64,000 nucleotides of DNA, from NCBI GenBank assembly GCA_965223905.1, contig CBDCXV010000010.1:1216001-1280000 (forward strand), given 5' to 3'. Source of the DNA: Candidatus Latescibacterota bacterium. GTDB taxonomy: Bacteria > Latescibacterota > UBA2968 > UBA8231. How positions within the stretch are numbered: the stretch's first letter is position 1; the number at the start of each line of letters is the position of its first letter. The position numbers and the translations under genes are program-made. The notes under the pieces are model-generated. The model made no database searches, was not told the origin of the DNA, and saw only the letters and a program-made list of their open reading frames with translations. This document shows, one piece after another, positions 30,174 through 39,055 of the stretch.

Positions 30174-31076
30174 CTATCCGGCGCCGGCGAGAATCGCATC
30201 GATCGCCTCGAGCTCGTCGTCGCTGAAACGCACGCCGGCGGCGCCGAGGTGATCGTCGAGCTGACCGGGGTTCTTGGCGCCGACCAGAACCGTGCTGATC
30301 GCCGGCAGCCGCAGGATCCAGGCGATCGCCAGCTGCACCAGCGACAGCCCCTTGTCCGCGGCGAGCTCCGCCAGGCGGTCGGCCACCGCGACGGTGCGCG
30401 CGAACTGCCCCCCCTGGAAATGGGCCCGCTGCGAGCGGTAGTCGTCGTCGGCGAAGCGGTGGCCCGGCCGGTACCTGCCGGTGAGAAGGCCCTGCCCCAG
30501 CGGCGAGTACGCCAGGATGCCGATGCCGCGCTCGACGCAGAACGGTATGTCCTCCGCCTCGATGCCGCGGTCGAGCAGGTTGTAGCCGGGCTGCAGCGAT
30601 TGAAAGGGAGCGGTCTCCATAGCCCGGGCCATCTGCTCCGCGTTGTAGTTGGAGACGCCGATGTAGCGGGTCTTGCCCTCCCGGCGCAGCTGCTCCATCG
30701 CCTCCATGCTGGCCTCCACCGGGTAGTCGGGGTTCCAGCTGTGGATCTGGTAGAGGTCGACGTAGTCGACGTCGAGCTGCCGCAGGCTGTTCTCCATGGC
30801 AGCGCGGATCGCCCCCGGGGAGAAGTCGCCGCTCACCTTGGTCGCCAGGAAGCAGCGCTCGCGGTAGCCGCCGGCGAGGGCGCGTCCGACGATGCGCTCG
30901 CTGGCGCGGTACGACTGCGCCGTGTCGACCATGGTGATGCCGCGGTCGATGGCGGCGCGAACGGTGGCGACGGCCATCTCTTCTGCGACGGCCCCCATGG
31001 CGCCGCCGAACGGCCAGGCTCCGAGGGCGATCGCGGGTATCTGCGGGCCGTTCTTTCCAAGCTGTCGATACTCCAT
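30174..31076 (-). CDS. aldo/keto reductase
   Basis: DTAQSY, ATK, DLYQIH, IGVSN, YSPLGQGLLTG. Confidence 0.92.
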   Translation of the reverse strand: MEYRQLGKNGPQIPAIALGAWPFGGAMGAVAEEMAVATVRAAIDRGITMVDTAQSYRASERIVGRALAGGYRERCFLATKVSGDFSPGAIRAAMENSLRQLDVDYVDLYQIHSWNPDYPVEASMEAMEQLRREGKTRYIGVSNYNAEQMARAMETAPFQSLQPGYNLLDRGIEAEDIPFCVERGIGILAYSPLGQGLLTGRYRPGHRFADDDYRSQRAHFQGGQFARTVAVADRLAELAADKGLSLVQLAIAWILRLPAISTVLVGAKNPGQLDDHLGAAGVRFSDDELEAIDAILAGAG

Positions 31077-31171
31077 GTCTTTGATTCCTATGGTCCTGTC
31101 CCGGAAAACAGCTTGCCGAATTCGGGTGTTCCCCGCGCGCCCGAATGGCAGGATTTTGATGGGACAGGACG

Positions 31172-31897
31172 TTACATCAGGTTCAGCCAGTCGCCGAGAA
31201 GGAACCTCACGCGCCCGATCAGCAGCGACAGCCGCGCCATGATCGTGTAGCCGAAGGAGGCGCCGAAAGAGATCATCAGCACCCAGATCCCCAGCTTCGA
31301 GACCATGCCGACGGCGCCGCGGTGCTCGACGGAGAAGAAGAAGTAGACCAGTACCGAGACGACGCCGACGAGGATGATGAACAGGTCGAGCCCGGCCCAG
31401 GACAGGGTGATCGGCTGCAGGGTCGGTTCCACCTGTTTCAGAATGAACGTCGAGATGTAGGCCGGGATGGTGAACCCGGCCCCGAGGCCGAAGAAGAACC
31501 CGAAGGCGATGCGGCTGGTCCAGCCGATGCGGGTGCTGAACCGGGTCAGCATCAGGATCCCGAGCGCGGTCGGGAACAGCACCAGCCAGGCCTTTCCCTC
31601 CCAGGCGCCGGCTTCACCCAGCCCGGACAGCTTGTCGATCACCTCGCCGTAGATGGTCGGGTACCAGGTCTGCCCGAACACGTAGCCCGCGGCGACGCCG
31701 ACGAAGATGTGCTCGGCGAGCTTGAACAAGGGGTTGTCGCGGTAGAGGAAGCTGTAGAGCGCCAGGGTCAGGCCGGCGGCGACGATTATCCCGAAGCCGG
31801 TCCAGTCCGGGCTGAGCGTGCCGGCGGCGAACAGGTAGGCGTTGGCCGCGGCGAAAAACAGGAGGAGGGCAAGGAACAGAATGGAATCGCGGTTCAT
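31172..31897 (-). CDS. multi-pass membrane protein of the GlmL-like operon
   Basis: Hydrophobic; SFLYRDNPLFKLAEH, YFFFS, FGASFGYTIMAR; ATGA overlap with upstream gene. Confidence 0.8.
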   Translation of the reverse strand: MNRDSILFLALLLFFAAANAYLFAAGTLSPDWTGFGIIVAAGLTLALYSFLYRDNPLFKLAEHIFVGVAAGYVFGQTWYPTIYGEVIDKLSGLGEAGAWEGKAWLVLFPTALGILMLTRFSTRIGWTSRIAFGFFFGLGAGFTIPAYISTFILKQVEPTLQPITLSWAGLDLFIILVGVVSVLVYFFFSVEHRGAVGMVSKLGIWVLMISFGASFGYTIMARLSLLIGRVRFLLGDWLNLM

Positions 31898-32730
31898 TCC
31901 GGCCGCCTCCGCTGCCGCTGCCGCGCCGCGAAATAGGCGGCGTTCCCGACCAGGATGAAGAGGACGATGATCAGGTGGGTGACCGACTGGGCGCTCATGC
32001 CCGCGGTCGCTCCACCGGGATGGCCGATCAGCTTTTCGTATTCGGCGGCGCCGACGAGCCCGCCGATGAGGCCGCGCATCTGCCCCGACTGCAGGAACGG
32101 GTAGAGATCGGGGGCCATCACCGCAGTGCAGCCCGCGGCAAAGGCGAGATTGTGCCTCTCCTGCCCGAACGGCAGCCACCAGAACTCGATCGAATCCCCG
32201 GCCGCCAAGTCGATCACCAGGTCGAAGTCGGAGAGACCGGCGACGCGGGCGGTAAGCGGCACCTCGGCGGTGGCGGTGCCCCAGTTGTCCTTGGGGAAGG
32301 CGTCGGCGAAATCCTGGCCCATGTTGATGATGACGCTGTAGGTGCCGGGCTTGTACCCCATGAAGGCGTAATCCTCGCCGTAGGTTTTTTCGAACTCCGC
32401 CGCGGTCTCCTCGAGCGCCAGCTGGGCGAGACCGGGCGCTTCCGGCCACAGGCAGACGGCGACGACGCCGACGTCGCGGCTGAAGAGGTGACGCAGCAGG
32501 GCCTTGGCCATCGGCTGCATTTCCGGTTCGGTGCTGGCTCCGTAGGCGAAGGAGAGCAGGACGAGGGGATCATCCTTTCCCGCGACTTTTTCGACCTCGT
32601 CGAAGACAGCCTTCACCTGTTTCTTGGGTTTGACCGGGAACTGCAGATCGGTCAGCAGGGGTATGGCGACCCCGAGGAAGACGGCGGCGAAGATGATGCG
32701 GCGGTCGATGCCGAGAAGCCGGTCGATCAT
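31894..32730 (-). CDS. membrane-anchored hypothetical protein (N- and C-terminal TM, soluble alpha/beta core)
   Basis: YGEDYAFMGYKPG, PFLQSGQ..GLIGGLVGAAEYE; translationally coupled. Confidence 0.8.
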   Translation of the reverse strand: MIDRLLGIDRRIIFAAVFLGVAIPLLTDLQFPVKPKKQVKAVFDEVEKVAGKDDPLVLLSFAYGASTEPEMQPMAKALLRHLFSRDVGVVAVCLWPEAPGLAQLALEETAAEFEKTYGEDYAFMGYKPGTYSVIINMGQDFADAFPKDNWGTATAEVPLTARVAGLSDFDLVIDLAAGDSIEFWWLPFGQERHNLAFAAGCTAVMAPDLYPFLQSGQMRGLIGGLVGAAEYEKLIGHPGGATAGMSAQSVTHLIIVLFILVGNAAYFAARQRQRRRPE

Positions 32731-33383
32731 TCCTCACCCCCTCCGACGTAGGATCGCTCGATACCGAAGATGATGCGCAGCGAGGTGGCGATGGCTCCGA
32801 GACTCACCCCCAGCAGAATGCCGCGCTTGGCCGCGAGGTTGGGGACCGACATCAGCCAGTCCGCAAGGACCGGAAGCGCATCGGAGATCATGGCCCCGAT
32901 CGGGACGCGGCCGATCATGACGATGACCGCGGCCACGAGGAGGATGGCGGCATCGGCGCTGCGGGCGCGGAAGGTGCGGTACGCCGCCGAGGCTATGAAG
33001 AAGGCGAGCATCGAGAACATCGTCGCCGTGCAGGGGATGTGGACGTACTGGAACATCCACTGGTAGGCCCCTTCCTGGGCCTGCGGGGCGAACGGTCCGG
33101 CGCCGTCGTTGTGGACGACGAAGAGAAACATGACGCCGAAGCTCGCCAGGGCGACGGCGTTGTACCCCCAGCCGGCGACCCGCTGCCGGATGCGGCTCCA
33201 GTGCAGGTTGAGCAGGCTGAAGAGCCCGAGGAAGTAGGCGAAGGCGAAGACGATGCGCAGCCACAGGGCCAGCTCGCGCTCGACCTCCTGTGCGCCTGGG
33301 TGAGGGATGTAAAAGACCGCCACCGCGACGACGCCGAAGGCGAAGGCGGCCAGTACCGGAAGAGTGCGGCTCAGAAACAGCAT
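32727..33383 (-). CDS. multi-pass membrane protein of the GlmL-like operon
   Basis: ATMFSMLAFFIASAAYRTFRAR, AAKRGILLG; about 6 TM segments. Confidence 0.8.
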   Translation of the reverse strand: MLFLSRTLPVLAAFAFGVVAVAVFYIPHPGAQEVERELALWLRIVFAFAYFLGLFSLLNLHWSRIRQRVAGWGYNAVALASFGVMFLFVVHNDGAGPFAPQAQEGAYQWMFQYVHIPCTATMFSMLAFFIASAAYRTFRARSADAAILLVAAVIVMIGRVPIGAMISDALPVLADWLMSVPNLAAKRGILLGVSLGAIATSLRIIFGIERSYVGGGEE

Positions 33384-33392
33384 TTCTCCAGC

Positions 33393-34592
33393 CTACAAAG
33401 CGGTGAACAGGTGCGTGAGCCAGGGGATTCCGGCCGTCGCCAGCAGCGAGCCGGCGATCAGGACGAACAGCAGCAGTCCCTTGCCGATGTCCTGTCCCTT
33501 CAGGCTGCCGAGCAGCCGGGGCTCGCGGGACAGGTAGGCGCTGGCGGCGTACAGCTCCTCGCCGAGGAGAGTGTAGTCGCAGGTGGTGACGAAGAACGGG
33601 AGTTGGGTGAAGGCGTCGGTTCCGGCGATCTGGATCGCCCCGGTGGAGGCCCCGGTCTCGGCGAGCAGCAGCGACTCGGCGTAGAAATACCCCATCATGA
33701 TGTGGGCCGCCGGCTTCTCGCGCACCATGATCCCCTCGACCGCGGCGGCGTAGCTGAACTGGTCGGTGCCGGCGATGAAGATGTTGTCCGGGTTGTAGGC
33801 GTCCGGCCGCCCCGCCTCTATGTACGCCTCCTTCACCGTCTCCTGGCTGACCGACATCACCACCGGGTCGGCGTTGGTCACCTTCAGCAGGGTGTCGTAC
33901 TCCGCGGTGCGGCGGGCGACGCGGCCGAGGATGTTGACGGCGGCGATGGTGGAGATCGCGTTCATCTCGCGAAGGCCGTGGATGAAGAGCACCGACCTGC
34001 CCATCTCGGTGGCGCGGCCCAGCGCCTCGTCGAGCGCCTCGAGGCCGGCGATGCGGCGCACGAAGAGGTCCTTTCTTTTCGCCATCGAGATCGAGATCAG
34101 GATCGCCGCGGACAGCGCCACCCCGAGGAGGAGGTTGTTGAGCTTGCTCCAGTCGAACAGCTGCGCCGTCGCCGTCGCCTCGACCGCCTTGCCGCGGCCT
34201 TCCCCGGCGGCGGTTCGCACCCCGACGCGGAGGAAGTAGGGAGTGTCGTCCTTCAGCGCCACCCGCTCTCCGTCGACTTCGTACTTCTCGACGTGGGCGA
34301 ACTGGTGCCGCGAGGTCTCCGGGCCGAAGCCGAAGACCGAGCGGTCTTCCGACTGCAGGCCGGAGCCGGCGGCAACGGAGGCGGCCAGGTGGAACGGCCC
34401 GGTGGCGAGCTCGGCGACGTAGATATTGTAGACGGCGTCCCCGGGGGCGGCCTCATCGAGCGGCCAGGTCACGGTGATGCTGCCGCCGCTGTCGTTCGGG
34501 GTGTCGAAGGCTTCGAAGGGGGGCGGCGCCGCGGCCTGCCCCCAGGCCAGGGACGGAAGCAGGAAGAGCAGCAGCAGGCGGGAGGGTTTCAT
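33393..34592 (-). CDS. signal peptide + FN3-like domain + DUF6754-like membrane protein
   Basis: Signal peptide; DTPNDSGGSITVTW FN3-like strand pattern; RRIAGLEALDEALGRATEMGR and DYTLLGEELYAASAYLS. Confidence 0.75.
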   Translation of the reverse strand: MKPSRLLLLFLLPSLAWGQAAAPPPFEAFDTPNDSGGSITVTWPLDEAAPGDAVYNIYVAELATGPFHLAASVAAGSGLQSEDRSVFGFGPETSRHQFAHVEKYEVDGERVALKDDTPYFLRVGVRTAAGEGRGKAVEATATAQLFDWSKLNNLLLGVALSAAILISISMAKRKDLFVRRIAGLEALDEALGRATEMGRSVLFIHGLREMNAISTIAAVNILGRVARRTAEYDTLLKVTNADPVVMSVSQETVKEAYIEAGRPDAYNPDNIFIAGTDQFSYAAAVEGIMVREKPAAHIMMGYFYAESLLLAETGASTGAIQIAGTDAFTQLPFFVTTCDYTLLGEELYAASAYLSREPRLLGSLKGQDIGKGLLLFVLIAGSLLATAGIPWLTHLFTAL

Positions 34593-34783
34593 TCCATCAA
34601 TACCATTTGAGCTTCAACTGGCTGAAGTCAGCTGCACAAAGCTTCGGCCGCGTCCGGGCAGATTCCGCGGTCGTGCATTCGAGACCCGCCCCCTTGCGCG
34701 AGGAGCAGATTCCTTGCCCAGTGTAGTCGGATTGAAGCGGCCCTTGGGCTGGGCGCTGTCGGATCCGGGTAGTCCCACCATCC

Positions 34784-35911
34784 TCACTGCTCGATCAGCT
34801 CGACGTTGGCGCGCGGGACGACCGCCCGGGTCCCGTCTTCGAACTCGACCTCGAGCACCCGCACCCGGGCCCCGCTTTCGACCTCCCGAAGTTCCGGGAT
34901 GAGGGCGCGCACCCGGGCGACGCGCCCGAAGTGAGGGGCGCGGATTACGCGCAGGGCGTCCCCTTCGGCCATGCCTTCCTGATTCTCTTTCGCCGCGGTT
35001 GCCTCGTCCCGCTCCGGGCTCGGCGAGGGGATGAGGATCTCCGGCCGCTGGACCCCGGCGCGGATCTGGGTCGCACCGGAGATCGAGGCCTGCATGCCGT
35101 CGCACGAGCGCAGGATGTCGAAGGTATTGCGCGCCATGGCTATCTCTCCGAACCCCTCGGTGACGATCACGGTGGTGCCGATATCCTCGGCGCCGGTGAT
35201 GGCGACGCCGAGATCGTAGCCGAGCAGCTCCTTGAGATCGCGGTCGTGGATGCCGCCGGCGATCACCCCGGCGGCCCCGGCCCCGGCCGCCTTCTCCAGC
35301 GCCTCGATGCCGGCGATGCCGCCGGCGACCAGCACGGCGCCGCGGCAGCGCTCGTCGATCTGCCCTGCCCGAAGCGGTTCGTCGTGAGCCTGCGACAGGA
35401 CCCGAAGCGGCCCCCAGCGCTCTCCGCCGACGCCGAATATCCCCTGCACGTAAGCCCCCTCCGTCTCGACGACGACCCCCTCTCCGGGAAGCTCCTCGAC
35501 GACCGCTCCGTCGACGAAGGCGGGAATCTCGACGCTCGACGGCGGCTTGCGCAAGAGCACCTGGCCGGTCACCGAGGAGATGCTCTCGACGACGCCGTCG
35601 GTCTCGGCAGGGACAACGGTCTTGAACCACTTGATCCAGGGCCGCGTCTCGGCCAGCGGCTCCCCCTCCCGCACCGGATCCCCTTCCTGTTTCAGCATGT
35701 AGTGGGGCAGGTCGGCCGCGGTGACGCCGAGCCGGTTGACGAGGTTCTGGGTCACCGCGTCGCCCGGCAGCTCGGTGCGCGCCACTACCTGGTCGCGGGC
35801 GACGCGGTCGCCGAGACGCACCGCGAGCTCGCCGGCCAGGGGCAGCCGCCGCGTTTTCCGCAGTTTCGTGTGGGCGCTGACGCGCAGGCCCGGGGTGTAG
35901 GCGTGGGCCAT
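34784..35911 (-). CDS. hypothetical protein with barrel-sandwich-hybrid-like repeats and a C-terminal KOW-like motif
   Basis: MAHAYTPGL start (TGATG overlap); GDRVARDQVVA / GDPVREGEPLA; TEGFG; GDALRVIRAPHFGRVARV. Confidence 0.75.
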   Translation of the reverse strand: MAHAYTPGLRVSAHTKLRKTRRLPLAGELAVRLGDRVARDQVVARTELPGDAVTQNLVNRLGVTAADLPHYMLKQEGDPVREGEPLAETRPWIKWFKTVVPAETDGVVESISSVTGQVLLRKPPSSVEIPAFVDGAVVEELPGEGVVVETEGAYVQGIFGVGGERWGPLRVLSQAHDEPLRAGQIDERCRGAVLVAGGIAGIEALEKAAGAGAAGVIAGGIHDRDLKELLGYDLGVAITGAEDIGTTVIVTEGFGEIAMARNTFDILRSCDGMQASISGATQIRAGVQRPEILIPSPSPERDEATAAKENQEGMAEGDALRVIRAPHFGRVARVRALIPELREVESGARVRVLEVEFEDGTRAVVPRANVELIEQ

Positions 35912-37746
35912 CAGCCCGGCTCCGCGGCTTCGGGGTAGGATCCGAGCGCCTCGTTCCACGCCTGCACTTGTTCGCGGCGCTCCGCGCCAGACGCGGCGAA
36001 CTGGATCGGCCGCCCGCGCCCGTCGAGCACGAGGCCGGCAGCGCCTCCGCGCACCCGCGCATGCAGCGCGCGGCCGCTGCCCGCCCCGGCGTCCCAGCCC
36101 CGGGCCGGCTCGAGGGAGAGGCCGGCTTCCTCGCCGTCCGCGAGGTCGATCCGCACCAGCTCACCCATCCGCAGTTGGCCGGACACCGATCCAGACGCGC
36201 CGCCGGTGAGGCTGAACTCGCAGCAGACCTCCCCCGGCCTGCCGCTGCCGGCAAGGGCCGCGCAAGTTCCGAGATCGATCAGGCAGTCGCGCTCGAAGAC
36301 ATCGGAGGCGGCCTGTTCGTCCAGGGCAGCCAGGGCCCCGAGGTGGGGCATCATGAATATGCTGTCGACGGCAAGGCGGGTGATCCCCGCCGGCTGGAAC
36401 GCGTCGATCAGCATCGCCGCGGCCTGCACCCGGCGCGGGGCGTGCGAGAGCACTCCGCCGCTGCCGACGAGAAGGTCGAGGGCCGTCATGTCGATCAGGG
36501 ATTCCCCGGTCGCCGACTGCTCGAAGACGTCGGACAGGGTGCGTTCCGACTGCACCCCCTTGAGACCGACGGCGAGGGCGCGGTGCTGGAGGAAGGCGAG
36601 CCGCAGGGCCTCGCGCGCCAGGGCGTGCTCGAGCTGCAGTTCCTCGAGCTGCTGCGGTATGGTGGTCGGCCGGATCATCTTGTTCTTGATGCGGTCGCGC
36701 AGGTCGGTCTCGTCGATGTCGAAAGGTATCCAGCGCATGGCGTTCTCCAGCCCGGCCTCGTTGAGGACGTTGGAGATGCTGTACGACATGCCGAGGTTGG
36801 CGCTCACCGAACGGTTGAAGACCGGCTCTTCCTCATCCGCTGCGGCGCCGTCGGACCTTGGGCGGAAGACGCTGAAGACATCGGTGGTGGCGCCGCCGAT
36901 GTCGACGCCGATGACGTCGATGCCCCGGCGGCGGGCGATGGTCTGGATGATGCGGCCCACCGCGGCCGGGGTCGGGACGATGGGCGCACCGGTCCAGGAC
37001 ATCAGCTTCCGGTACCCCGGGGCCTGCGCCATCACGTGCTCGAGAAAGAGGTCGTGGATCACATGCCGGGCGGGTCCGAGGTTCTCCCTCTCGAGCACCG
37101 GCCGCAGGTTCTCGGTGACGGTCAGGGCGGTTCTCTCCGCCAGCACTTTTTCGATCTCGGAGCGGGCGTCGCGATTCCCCGCGTAGATGAGGGGGAGCCG
37201 GAAGCCGCTGCCGAACCTCGGTCTGGGGTCGGCCGCGGCGATGAACTCGGCGAGCTCGACGACGTGGGAGACGGTGCCGCCGTCGGTGCCGCCGGAAAGC
37301 AGGAACATGTCGGGCCGCAGCCGGCGGATGCGTTCGATCTTCTCGTGGGGAAGCCGGCGGTCGTTGGCGGCGAGGACGTCCATGACGATGGCGCCGGCAC
37401 CCAGCGCGCAGCGCTGCGCGCTTTCCCCCGTCATCGATGCGACCACCCCCGCGACCATCATCTGCAGCCCGCCGCCGGCGCTGCTCGTCGAGATGTAGAT
37501 ATCGACGCCGCGGTCGCCCGCGGCCGGGGTGATGATCCGCTCCCCGTCGAGGATCGTCCGCCCCGACAGCTCCTCCACCTCGGATATGGCGTTGAGCACG
37601 CCGCGCGTGACATCCTCGAAGGGGGCCTCGACCGTGGTCGGGGCCTCGCCCCGGAAGGTCTGCCGGCAGATTCCGTCCGCCTGGCGCTCGATGAGGATCG
37701 CCTTGGTCGTGGTGCTGCCGCAGTCGGTGGCGATGAAGACGTCCAT
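35911..37746 (-). CDS. GlmL/MutL (glutamate mutase L)-like actin-fold ATPase
   Basis: TDCGSTTTK and DIGGATTDVFS phosphate motifs, SSAGGGL, GGTDGG, GSGGVLSHAP. Confidence 0.8.
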   Translation of the reverse strand: MDVFIATDCGSTTTKAILIERQADGICRQTFRGEAPTTVEAPFEDVTRGVLNAISEVEELSGRTILDGERIITPAAGDRGVDIYISTSSAGGGLQMMVAGVVASMTGESAQRCALGAGAIVMDVLAANDRRLPHEKIERIRRLRPDMFLLSGGTDGGTVSHVVELAEFIAAADPRPRFGSGFRLPLIYAGNRDARSEIEKVLAERTALTVTENLRPVLERENLGPARHVIHDLFLEHVMAQAPGYRKLMSWTGAPIVPTPAAVGRIIQTIARRRGIDVIGVDIGGATTDVFSVFRPRSDGAAADEEEPVFNRSVSANLGMSYSISNVLNEAGLENAMRWIPFDIDETDLRDRIKNKMIRPTTIPQQLEELQLEHALAREALRLAFLQHRALAVGLKGVQSERTLSDVFEQSATGESLIDMTALDLLVGSGGVLSHAPRRVQAAAMLIDAFQPAGITRLAVDSIFMMPHLGALAALDEQAASDVFERDCLIDLGTCAALAGSGRPGEVCCEFSLTGGASGSVSGQLRMGELVRIDLADGEEAGLSLEPARGWDAGAGSGRALHARVRGGAAGLVLDGRGRPIQFAASGAERREQVQAWNEALGSYPEAAEPG

Positions 37747-37759
37747 TTTCGATCCTGCC

Positions 37760-38116
37760 CTACTGCCGGTCCGCGTCCCGGTTCTGGCTCCGGTCACCTC
37801 GGCTCGAGATGGCCTCCACCAGGGCGTCGACGGCGCGGCGCTTGGCGAGCAGCCGGGTGAAGCGTTTCAGCTCCTCGGGGTTGAAGATCAGCGAGATAAA
37901 GGGGCTGAGGAAGACGAGAAGCTGACTGCCGACGAAGTTGAGCGGCCGCCCGACTTCGAGGAGCATGACCGCCGGGGCGGTCAGTCCGCGGCGCACGAGG
38001 AAGTCGGCGATCCGCTCGATCAGCTCCCGCTCCGCAGCGTCGATGTCGCGGTCGGCAGCCGATTCCACGGCGAAGGCGTGCGACCACCAGGCCCGCATCC
38101 GCTCAACCCGGGACAT
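37760..38116 (-). CDS. hypothetical protein (118 aa)
   Basis: IADFLVRRGLTAPAVMLLE.GRPLNFVGSQ; overlaps the upstream stop. Confidence 0.7.
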   Translation of the reverse strand: MSRVERMRAWWSHAFAVESAADRDIDAAERELIERIADFLVRRGLTAPAVMLLEVGRPLNFVGSQLLVFLSPFISLIFNPEELKRFTRLLAKRRAVDALVEAISSRGDRSQNRDADRQ

Positions 38117-38534
38117 GCCGTCCGACCAGTTCCTCCAGCTTTTCCACCCCGACCCCGGCGGCCGGCAGAAAGAGGCCCCGGAAGCTGTCCAGCCGGCTGG
38201 GACGGGGGAACGGGCTGAGGAAGAGCCCGTCATCGCGGACCTCGACGCGGCGTATCTCCTTCCAGGCTCGCAGCCGCCGCCGGAACAGGTGGCTCACGGC
38301 GATTCCGGCGGCGCCGATCTCGTAGCGGGTCGGCAGGAGGAACCGCGACATCGACCCGCTGAGAACGGCGAGGGCTATGGCGCCGTACAGGAGGCCCTCG
38401 AAAGCGACCGCGGCGAGGGCGGAGAAGGCGAGAATCGCCGCCACCAAAGCCGCGGATTTCGGCCACGGCTCTTCGAAGAGAGGGTGGCAGACCCAGGCAC
38501 AGCGGGCCGGATGGGGGGTGGTTTCGCAGCTCAT
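38103..38534 (-). CDS. small membrane protein (two TM helices + PH-like soluble tail)
   Basis: W..HP, two hydrophobic helices, FLLPTRY, LSPF..PSRLDSFRG. Confidence 0.7.
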   Translation of the reverse strand: MSCETTPHPARCAWVCHPLFEEPWPKSAALVAAILAFSALAAVAFEGLLYGAIALAVLSGSMSRFLLPTRYEIGAAGIAVSHLFRRRLRAWKEIRRVEVRDDGLFLSPFPRPSRLDSFRGLFLPAAGVGVEKLEELVGRHVPG

Positions 38535-38627
38535 CGGTTAGTCGGGCTCACGGAGGTGGCGGGGGAGGCAATCGGGCAGTGTTAATTCTGGCTCCAGAAG
38601 TCCCGAGATGCCAAAATTGGGGATCTG

Positions 38628-38867
38628 TCAACTTCGACGAGCATCCTGAATCGCCTGATTGAAGGCTAAGGACCAGGTTCCTCTGACCCATGTCGGAATC
38701 GTACTCGGAACCTGATTGCCGAGAACTACAAACTCCGCATCTGGATCGGCCTTGTGGCCCTCCTGATATCCCATCTTCCAGGCTTCCTCCATCGGCATAT
38801 GGCCACTGCCTTTGTCTTGGTAATAACTGCGAAATTCGACGAATCGTCTCCGCATCAGCTGGATCAT
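38628..38867 (-). CDS. hypothetical protein (79 aa) downstream of the CRISPR trailer
   Basis: GAGGTG RBS before ATG; protein-like composition; lower GC than flanking host genes. Confidence 0.5.
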   Translation of the reverse strand: MIQLMRRRFVEFRSYYQDKGSGHMPMEEAWKMGYQEGHKADPDAEFVVLGNQVPSTIPTWVRGTWSLAFNQAIQDARRS

Positions 38868-39055
38868 CTTGTCTCACCTCTGGTTGGAGGGCCTTCGCCC
38901 TCTGAATGGGCGCCTGCTATCTCGGCGTGGGTTCGGTGGGATCATCCCCTCCCGAGCAGGCCTTCGACGGTTGGCATGTTATTGGCCGCCGGATGGCCTG
39001 GAGTTTATCCGGGATGTCCGGTTTTTCACAGGGCTTGTGTGGAACATGTGGATAA

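Noticed and set aside
35911-37746. Glutamate/methylaspartate mutase pathway, or DNA-repair MutL
   Set aside because: No B12-binding or catalytic mutase subunits nearby; the motifs are actin-fold, not GHKL
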